A stretch of DNA of 64,000 nt from Chrysomallon squamiferum. Its lineage: Eukaryota > Animalia > Mollusca. The number at the start of each line of letters is the position of its first letter. Within the stretch, counting starts at the first letter, position 1. Both the position numbers and the translations under genes were made by a program. This document shows, one piece after another, positions 54,412 to 64,000 of the stretch. Location of the stretch: NCBI GenBank assembly GCA_012295275.1, contig CM022665.1:21948001-22012000 (forward strand). Reading direction: 5' to 3'. The notes below the pieces were generated by a model. That model did not search any database. It saw nothing but the letters and a program-made list of their open reading frames with translations, and was not told where the DNA came from.

Positions 54412-55760
54412 CTTACATATTTTTTTGGTTTGTGAAGTTTTTAATTCAGAGATGAAAATAAACACTTTTGATAGTTTTTTGGGGGAGAAGGAGAAAGAGA
54501 GAAATCAAATCCCAAATTGTTTTGTTGCTAATACAGTATTGTTTATTCATATTCGCATGGCCTTTCAGCACATATGAATAGTAGCTCACTAACAGTTTTT
54601 ATATACAGTTTATTTAAAGACCTATTAATGCACTTATAAGGTGTTTGATGGTATGTACAGCTGGCCATATTCAGTGAGTAATTCATGTATCTGTAAGCAT
54701 GTTCCTATCTAACCATGTAGATGGCACAGTCATGTTGTATTTAGTCACAGTGTTCAGAGATCAGCTTATCAGATCTCAAGATTTTTATCTCAAGGTATAG
54801 TTCATGTGTTGTCATTTAGCTTAGCACCTGTAGTGTATAAGACAAAATAATACGTAGCTATGGATGTTTTTTCTTTATATATTTAGTATATAGATTTTTA
54901 ACATCCATCTTTCATTGATTGTATTCACAGCAATCTTTGGAATGCTTGTTCAGATACAAGAGTATTGTTACAGTAGATGGCACATTCAAAGCTAACTTTG
55001 GCTTTATTTAAACACACACCAAATCAAGAAGTTAAAGTAAAATTTCACTTTTTTTGTTTTTTCTCTTTTTTTTATTTCACGTCATTGTCACTTACTATAC
55101 ATTTGTCATTCTCTTACAGATTAATCTTGATATGTAGGAATTGTCTTTTCTTCATAATAATGAAGAAAAGAAAATAAATTCTACCAGATATGATGAAACA
55201 TTTTACTATGGATTGATTATGTGGTTTATTATTTTAATATGAAATTGTCTTTGAGAAAATATAATGACAATACAAAAGTAGTTGGTATTATTTGATCAAG
55301 TTAATCATTTCTTTAATTATTTTTAAAAAAAACAATAATAATAAAAGAGAAAATTTAAATAAATATTATTAAAGTGATTTTTTAAATTAAATATTTGAAA
55401 AATACAACAATTTTTTGTAATTTATTTATTTATTAAAAACTAGTACCTCTGTCCACAGATGCATTTATTCGTAGAGAATTAACAATATGAACATTTTGTT
55501 TTTTAAATTAAAGGAAAATTAATCTGTAATATTCTTTTAATTTTTTATTTATTTTTTATTTTATTTTAAATAATTATAAAGGTTAAAAAGAAAAATACCT
55601 TGTATGCAAATATGGTTTGTGCATTGGTAATATGCTCTTGAAATGTTGTCAGTAGGTGAAACTGTAGCACATCAAGACAGTCAGACACTGGTGAAATGGA
55701 CACCATCTTCTTATGTTTGTACTTAAATTTTCTACATTTTTACTGTCACCTTTTTTTTCT

Positions 55761-55792
<32 letters not shown>

Positions 55793-55989
55793 CTGGGTTT
55801 TTTCCAAACAATTTGAGATAGTAACAGTTTTGAATAAAACTATTTGTGTTAGTTTTATTGACACCATTTTCACTTGCATATTACCATGCTGTATTATGGA
55901 ATTGGATACGTGTACAAACTTGAGATTGCTGTATAAATGAATTCAGAAAGTGTAAACATGCAAATTTGTGTTAAATTATTTATGCACTG

Positions 55990-56022
<33 letters not shown>

Positions 56023-59000
56023 GCTAATATTTGTGTCTGATATCATGCAAATGGATGTTGGATATAATATATATATATATGTATGTATATATATGTGTAT
56101 GTATATATATATATATATTTAGTGCTGCTTGAAGTGCAATATTCTTTCAAAACTGTGTCATACCTATGAAGTATATGCAAAATTGTCACTGGATACTTAT
56201 TTATGTTGTTACTGATGCCTAAGCTATGTTACCTTTTAATTTTGGTTTTGGTTTGTAGTTTAAAAAGTTATTTTCCAGAATGTTTTGGACAGTAGGTTTC
56301 TGTTACGCAGTTGTTGTTTTTTTTTTTTTTTTTTTTTTTATCTTTCACAATTATATGTACATGGAAAACATTACAAACAAATTAACATCACAAATAGGCA
56401 TGGATACCGGTATACATACAAACAAACAAACAACCAACAACAACAAACAAACAAATAAAAAAGTTTTTATTTCTTTAATTTTTACAAGGTTGCATTTATA
56501 AAAATCTTGAGCATATTTATGCATAATTTACATAATTATATTTTATCAGTATTTTGTATGCAGTGGGGAGCAGTCTTTGATGAGCTGAGTTGTATACACA
56601 AATACTTACGTGTACGTCTTTGATAAAGAACTAAAGCATAAAATGTATGAAAGCAGACGAGAAAATAGAATTCGGTTGTTTCTGATGTGGCCAGTATTGT
56701 TAGTTTTAAGCATAGTAAAAACAAGTATCACACAACCTTTTTATAATGCTTGCAGTGGCCAAATATGTTTTTTTTTTTTTTTTTTTTTTTTGTCTTGTCT
56801 TTTGTATATGTTGATAATGACATAATATTATAATAGTACATGGTATACCTCTGTATTAGTATATATTTTTACTTCTCTTTTATATGCGTCACAAATGATA
56901 TTGTTAGATATAAACTTGTATGTGTAGATATGTTGTACTAGCCCACTCTTTGTTTATTACGGCTAAGTTCCTTATGTTTTCATAAGGAATAATTTGTTGA
57001 AGTTTGTTTTAAATTTATTTTTATTGGACGTTGACACTGGCTTCATATGATCTCTTGTTAATGAAAAATGAGATTCTTAGGAAGTACAATTGAAAAATAG
57101 AGATGTGTATGAAGTATAACTGAAGTATAATAGTTGGTTATTGGTTTATTGTGAATGGTAAACAGGGTCAATTTTAAAAATAAAATGCCACATTTTAGTT
57201 TTTTTCACTTATTTCACATTCCCATCTTTTTGATTTAATATATTGTTACTTGGGGAAAAAATGCTGAAGATTTATTAAACATTGTTAACATTTCCATGGC
57301 TGAAAACCTAGAAATACTTAGAAAATGGTGACACATAACTTTATTACCTTTTGACACACCACAACAAATTTAAAATTAATATGAAGGATGGAGTAATTTG
57401 TTTTTGCATAGACAAGAATACATACCAAATACTAATCACTAAAGCATAGCTTTTTTAATCTTTTTTAATCTTTTTCTTACCGCAACCCCTTATGAGCAAC
57501 TCCGTATGACCGATGACCCCCTTTATAATTTTTGATTCAATAATATCAAGGGTTAACATAATTTCATCAACCAAAGACAGTACAAAAGGAATCTATATTC
57601 ACTATGATGGGTCCCAAATCTATCTATCTATTCCACAGAAGTTGAAAGAAGCTGAAATATATCTTGCAACCCCCAGAAAAAAGGCTACTGACCTCTCTGG
57701 GGTTCACGATCCCCTGGTTGAAAACCTATCAACTAAAGAATTCCCAAATGATCTCTCTGGTAGAATAGTCAAATTTTATTTTATTATTATCATCATTATT
57801 ATATTATTATTATTATTATTATTATTTTTAATAGCTTGTTAAAACACACTAATAACTATTGTTACATCAAAAACATCTTAAATTCACATTTGTTTTTCAG
57901 TTTGACAGTTCATGCTCAAAGAGTTCAGTAAAGATATGTTTGATAAGAAAATATAATACGTTTGACATAGCATCTGACTGTTCTTCAAAACCAAACCCCT
58001 CCAAAAAAGATTTAAAACCCCTCAAAACAACCGAAATCAAATTTAACCAAAAAATAATAAATAAAAAGTAGTAATAATAATAATAAACCCACCAAAGTAA
58101 ATCAGAAAATCTATTGTACTAACAATGTTAATATTTTCCAAATCACCTAACTATAAAAAACATTGAGATCTGCCAGTGATTAATACTAACATTAAAATAT
58201 GTAAACATGATGGTTTTGAACACTTAATGTAACTTGATAGCTTTTGTTAATAAAATTTAAATGAGGAATTGTAAGTCTTTGTGACAGTTGCTAAATATCA
58301 CTTCAAATTTATTTCATATTTGTGTTAAGTTAGTTTTGTTTTTTTGTTACATTTGTTTTTAATATTTGGATTTTTTGGTAAGGTTTTTCTTAGATACAAT
58401 TGTTTCACTGCTAACTGTTTTTCTTCTTCTTTTTTTTAATCTTTTTTATGTACACTTTAGTCTTCCTTAAGTATATAAAGTTTTAAGTCTGAACTGGTTT
58501 TCACTGCCTGAAGCTTGGTTAAATTTAGTTTTAAAGTTCTGTAGTCATTTTTTTTAGTAAATTGATTTTTTGTTATGATTATTTAAATGTATTATATCTG
58601 ATTATACAAGCTGCACTATACTGTATTTTGTTCTAAATACGGTTGTTGGTTGTCATGGACTTCTGACTGAATTAATACTCATAAAATGCACACAATCAAA
58701 TTTCATTTTATATTTACTGTTTGTTTCAGGGTATATGCAAGTACTAGTAAACTAAAAATAATATATATTTATATATATATATTTGTGGTCGATTTCTACT
58801 GGGAAATTGTAATAAGTTTTTATAAGTTACAAACTTCAAATAATTATGGATATATGATTTTTGAGACCTCAAAAGATTTGTTTGAATGAAATGATATTAC
58901 TTGAAATAATATAATTTATATTCTGCAATATATTAACCAGGTTGGTTTTTGTCTTTTTTGGGGTCTTTTTTTTTTTTTTTTTGTATTTTCTTTAACTTGT

Positions 59001-60442
59001 TCAAAAAAGTATAAAAATTGATTTCATTACTAAATATTTATATTTAATAACCAGTTCACATCAATCTTTACATCATCGTTGTGGTTTTTCTTAAATATTT
59101 GTTTAAAAGTGCTTTTTCTTGCAGCTGCTGTCTTGAATTTTTAAATTCATTAAACATGAAAATAATAATTAAAAAAAGCATTTATTATTATTGATGCTTT
59201 TCCTTTTGAACATTATTATTGCTTGCATGGACATTTGTTCTGTGAGAAAGATACAAGTTTTAATTTTACACTTGTGTTATTTGACAATTTTGAAAAATGC
59301 TTCTGTCTGTTAACAGTTAAACATGGTTTCCACAGGTCCTTGTAAGCCATAAAAGTTCAAGATTTGAAAGTTGCCAAATACTTTAATAACCTTAAATTTC
59401 ATGGGAAAAGTTCAAAAATCAATGAAAACAAAAGACATGTTTTAGTATTCACCACTGTTCTGTTCTTTATTTTCCTCACACCAGAATTTTCTGGTGACAG
59501 CACCCAGCAATAATAATCATTATGGATACTTTAAATCATACCTGACACTACTGTATATGCATCAAACTAATCATTATTTCACCTGAGAAGTTCATGAAAT
59601 TGTGAATCTGGTCCTTAAAAGTACTCAAAAAGTCCATAAATTTCTACTGAAGTTTTGTCTGGGAACCATATAAAGCTTGTATGAGAATATGTGTTTAGTG
59701 TTGGTGTTTATGTAAGTTTAGTTTGAGATATAAGTAGATATTGTCTTGTTATATATCATTAGTTCACTCAGTGTAACAGCTGGTTAAAAGATGTGATATC
59801 TGAACCTACCAGACAGAAGACCAATATGTCACTGAGACCAGTATTTTACATTTAGGAAAAACCAGATGTAAAGATGTGTATTCTGTAACAGAATTATTGG
59901 TATAGTAATAAATCGCACACTTAGCTTTAGCATATGTATTACAATGTATCAGTTTAGTTTAAGGTATTGTGTATGATTCTGATTGGGCATGTACTGTGAT
60001 AAAAGGATGGTGTTTTCAATCACAACTTCAGCCTTTGAACTGTATACGAATCAATGTTAATTGATGTACTGTATAGAAGTATGTAGTTTTTACATATTCA
60101 GGAGATAAATGTGTTTAGAAGGTTTTTATTTTAAAAAATCATGTCTTGTAAGAAGTTCATTTTACAAATTAGGGGGAAAAAATGAGTAACAGTAATAATA
60201 ACAAATTAATTGCTTATTTAGCCTGTTTTTGTTTTTAGTTATTTAGATATTATTATAAATTTTTTTTTTTTCAATTCACAGATAGACAGATGGATTGTGT
60301 GTCTGCTTTATTTATTTCAGAGTAATTAATACAGATTCTGAACCATTTATCTGACAAGCTTAGATCTGAAGGATTTCTGAATTTCTGGATACAGGCTAAA
60401 TCATAACTTAATACTTGTATATGCATCAAACCAATCATTACT

Positions 60443-60479
<37 letters not shown>

Positions 60480-61016
60480 AACAATAAAAAGTAAAGAATG
60501 AAACTATTCATCACACACAGATTAATACTCTTCTAAAGCAGTATCTGTCTGATAGTTACGAATTCACTTAAAAATCTTAAAATACCTAAACAAGAAAACA
60601 CTTTTCACTAGCTAGTCTTCTGGACATGATAATAAATGAAAATGAGAGTAAACCGAAATGAAAAATTAACTTATTGTGAGAGGATCACCTGTATAGACCA
60701 ACAGCACACTTGAACTGGCATCACACAAACTAAAATAATGTGTGCCTAATCCAAAAGTAGCGAGTTTAAAAAATACCTGGTTTTGAGGATTTTCAGGATT
60801 TCTGAAGCCAGATAAATGGTTCAGTACTTGTAAGAACATTTTCATTGAAATTAATCATTTTTTGTAATTTTCTTTTTTTTACATTTTATTTCTTTAATTT
60901 TGGCTCCATTTGAGGTTAATATTTTAGTTAGCTGAAAGGTCATAATCAGAATTTGTTTTTATGTTTTTGTTTTGTGGAGGGGAGAGTTTGTAATAAAATA
61001 TTTATTTAGCTACATA

Positions 61017-61068
<52 letters not shown>

Positions 61069-63754
61069 GTATATATATATATATATACATACACATAGAT
61101 CTATATACATGTATAAGGAGTGTATTTTGCTTCCCTAGCCATATAGTGGCCAGTTTTCAGCTACTTTGTGTATGCAAACAGTAACATATTGTAATAAATC
61201 AATTAAAATATTGATGTCTTGTTTGTGTGTCTGTGAAGAAAAAATAATTTATATTTTGTTTAATATGATGTTGTTGTTTTTTTAAATTCCATGTACATTT
61301 GAGAAGGTTATCCCTAACATGTTAAAGTACAATAATGTCATAAGAATATATCTTTTTGATCAGAAATTCAGAAAAAATGTTCATGAATCCTTAAAATCAG
61401 AAAAATTAAAATGAAATACATTTTATTAATATGAATATTGTTATCTGCTAAAATCCAAACATCAAACTGTTTTCAACATCTCTTTGTTATCATCTTTTGT
61501 TATTAATTTTTTTAAATCCATGTACATAGTTATTAGCTCGTTTTTAAAGATTACTGGATCTGATAAATAATTTTCTAATTACTGTCTTATCAGAATGTCA
61601 GGAATTTGTAATAAATATTATTAAATATTAAAGTAATTTGAAGAGAAATAAATAGTACAGCTATAACAATATATTTAAGATTTGTGTCGGGTGTCTTTGT
61701 TAATATAATACCCTTTTAAGTTGAGATCATGGAGGCAGTTTGATAAATTATATTTAAAATTCTTTCACTCTTTCTTGTTCACAACCAGTGACATAATCTC
61801 TCAGTATATTCATGTGTGTCAAGAGAGGGTATTATTGTTTATAACTGCAGTGGATATATGTTTTTAACTTTTTACAAGATTTGATTTCAACAGGTTTTTT
61901 TCAGCATCTGAACTCTGCATTTGTTACATCCAGTAAGCAAACCGTCATAAATAAGATTTTGCATCATGCTTCTTATGACGTACTAAGACCGTTTGATGAA
62001 ATGTAAATTACAAATATTCTTACTCTTATTCTGTTTGCAAAAATGAGTTGTTTTCTTAATAAAAGAATAACTGAATCAAAAGAAATATAACCAAGATCCA
62101 ATATAACTGAGTGAAAAATAAAAAATAAAACAATTTGTTCCGATTTTAAATTAATGCTGACGTCCAGATGAAGCTACATTAAAGATCTACATTAATACAT
62201 TTTTAAACTCAGTTGGAGATAGATTGTAGAACAGATAATGAAGTCGAAGGTTGATTGAAGAATTGCTCTACTCAGCGGTTGAGGATCAGCTGATGGATTA
62301 CTGAAGAACTGTAAACCTCAATTACTGTTGATTAAATAAAAGATTATCATCAGCTGGAAGTACGTATATCAAAGAACTGCTGGTCAGTTCAAATTAAGAC
62401 GAAACTGCTGTAGGTATTATCAGTGTGATGTCATTTTTGTGTTGAGATTAATTTAAACTTTGGTATTTTAATTTATTTTTTTCCCCAGCAACAACAGAAG
62501 ACAAAAATCGACAGAATTACATCCATGAGTTGATCAACACGGAAGAAACATATATGGCTGACATGTCCATTGCAAGCAAGGTATTTTTATAAAAAGAATT
62601 TAGGAACATTTATCTCATTTTTGTTTTAAAATTAAAATAATAAAAAGCTGGTTTTCGTATATATAAAAAACCGTATCTGTATTTTATTTTTGGTACATTT
62701 GACATTTTGTTTCATTTACAGGCTTTTAAAGAACCTTTGAAGGAATCTAAAGTACTATCTGAAGAAGAACTGCAACAAATATTTGTAAACTGGAATGATC
62801 TTATTATTTGCAATATGAAATTACTTAAGTATGTATTGTATAAAATTGTCACAAATCAGAGCTTTATGAAAATTGCAAAATAATATAGTAATTTAACAGA
62901 TTTAATTGCAGTAATCATGTAGAATAGAATTTAATGATACAACAATTCATCATTTGGAGCTTTTAAAATATTTATTAATTTTTTGTTCAATAATATTTTT
63001 GGTAATGTTACTGGTAAAGTCAGTGTTAATTAATGTTTAACTGGTAATGTGTATGTATTGATATTTAATTTTAATTTATCTTCATGACGTACTTCAAATG
63101 TCCTCTTTAGACATTACAATATTATTGAATAAACTGATAATTGAAAAACCTGTTTTTCATTTCTGCATTACAGTGCTCTGAAGGTGAGGAAGAAGATGTC
63201 TGGCAAAGGCAAACCAATTCATGGGGTTGGAGACATTTTGTGTGAGAATGTGAGTCTCTTAAATAATTTCATTAGGTTGATGTGAAAAATCAAGACATGT
63301 TTAAAATTAACATGAATAAATCGATAAATGAGTTAGTAATTAAGCAAATAAAAAATCTGGAAAATAAATATTTTTTTAATGATTTCTTATATCTGACTAA
63401 ATAAAACTGAGTGAATTAAGGAAATATTAAATTTGTAAACTATATTTGTTGTGTGTTTGTGTGTGTATGAGCATGTGCATGAGCATGTGCAAGTGAATGT
63501 ATGTCTGTATGTGTGTATATTTAGACAGATACATAGGTGTATAGAATTTATTTATCTGTATATCTAATAGAAAAAAAAAGACTGATTAATTCAAGAGATA
63601 AAGACTGTTACAATCAAATAAATATCGTCTGTGTTTTATATTGTAGTTGCCACATTTGACACCATATGTACGCTTCTGTAGTTGTCAGCTTTCAGCTGCA
63701 GCTCTGTTACAGCACAAATCAGAAAGTAGTCCTGAATTTGTAGAAGTCCATAGG
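31824..63754 (+). CDS. ITSN1: Intersectin, long isoform (EH-EH-coiled coil-5xSH3-DH...), incomplete at window end
   Basis: Exons: 31824-31836, 33726-33812, 34129-34192, 34540-34742 (EH1); 34950-35087, 35430-35469, 35852-35943, 36409-36472, 36699-36898 (EH2); 37254-37385, 37735-37885, 38051-38162, 38550-38699, 39420-39560, 39749-39836, 40257-40396, 42377-42501 (KLERQ coiled coil); 42670-42698, 43059-43220, 43866-43963, 44131-44288 (SH3A); 44662-44809, 45228-45374, 45559-45617 (SH3B); 45933-46015, 46273-46442 (SH3C); 51578-51605, 52040-52161, 52400-52543 (SH3D); 52885-52975, 53535-53738 (SH3E); 62489-62580, 62722-62828, 63174-63249, 63647-63754 (DH: [35 protein letters not shown]). All phases are compatible. 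Likely co-ortholog of vertebrate ITSN1/ITSN2. Confidence 0.95.
32568..32691. repeat. (CA)n-(TG)n-(TA)n compound microsatellite
   Basis: Directly visible in an ITSN intron. Confidence 0.95.
47687..48178 (+). CDS. Putative ITSN cassette exon A (164 codons, phase 0-0) between SH3C and SH3D
   Basis: TTCCAG acceptor, 492-nt open frame, AAG|GTATAA donor; contains [10 protein letters not shown]...[10 protein letters not shown]. An alternative in-frame acceptor lies at 47620. Confidence 0.7.
49719..50342 (+). CDS. Putative ITSN cassette exon B (208 codons, phase 0-0) between SH3C and SH3D
   Basis: CTTGCTAG acceptor, 624-nt open frame, AAG|GTACAT donor; contains [10 protein letters not shown]...[10 protein letters not shown]. 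Confidence 0.7.
57446..57730. mobile_element. Degenerate hAT(Charlie)-like MITE
   Basis: The end GGGGTTCACGATCCCCTGGTTGAAAACC and internal GCAACCCC units resemble the GGGGTCGCGACCCC...GGTTGAGAACCACTG termini of hAT MITEs (from memory). The left end is decayed. Confidence 0.5.
59322..59670. mobile_element. Degenerate non-autonomous DNA transposon (MITE)
   Basis: Imperfect TIRs ATGGTTTCCA...TGGGAACCAT, with subterminal GTCCTT/AAAAGT(C/T)C units at both ends. Confidence 0.5.
60332..60830. mobile_element. MITE with ~22-bp TIRs and TA flanks (Tc1/mariner-type)
   Basis: CTGAACCATTTATCTG (60338-60353) is the exact reverse complement of 60809-60824. Both ends extend to CA...TG flanked by TA. Confidence 0.6.
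61020..61086. repeat. (TG)n/(TA)n microsatellite
   Basis: Directly visible. Confidence 0.9.
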
Positions 63755-64000
63755 GTGAGGATGTTATCAATACTAGCTTAGTTGTAGTGTTTATCTTTAG
63801 ATATTTTCATTTCAAAAATTCACTTACAGTAGAATGTTGATTATTCAGTAGGTCACTGTTTGGATAAATGAAATATTGATGGATGAGCATTGCATTAAAG
63901 AACAGAAATTTAAATAATTAAAAATCATTTAAAACTTAAAAGTTTACAAAATGTTTACTTATTTTCTAACATTTACAAAAAAAATAAAAATAAATTTATT

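Noticed and set aside
1-64000. tRNA, rRNA, CRISPR arrays or prokaryotic systems
   Set aside because: None seen; the window is intron-rich eukaryotic DNA and all regular repeats are simple-sequence.

Overview
AT-rich, microsatellite-rich animal genomic DNA. It is probably a mollusc or other lophotrochozoan, inferred from gene content and not shown directly. All gene models were assembled by hand from splice signals and reading-frame continuity, and family comparisons are from memory, not a search. Contents from left to right: (1) a decayed Tc1/mariner transposase; (2) a minus-strand, ~410-aa acidic neuropeptide precursor with the GNxQNxP signature (GNQQNxP / prohormone-2 / NVP-like family); (3) ~20 kb of mostly non-coding DNA, probably a long first intron or upstream region; (4) a complete 11-exon CRYZL1 gene (minus) with a U12-type intron; (5) head-to-head with it across a ~0.6 kb promoter carrying ZNF143/YY1/ETS motifs, an intersectin (ITSN) gene (plus; 2xEH, coiled coil, 5xSH3, then DH) that runs off the window end. 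The most unusual element is a pair of large, frame-preserving, mutually related cassette exons between SH3C and SH3D. They share a DYEP(V/I)E...DLYEEVNxW tyrosine motif and are surrounded by a cluster of Rbfox (TGCATG) sites.
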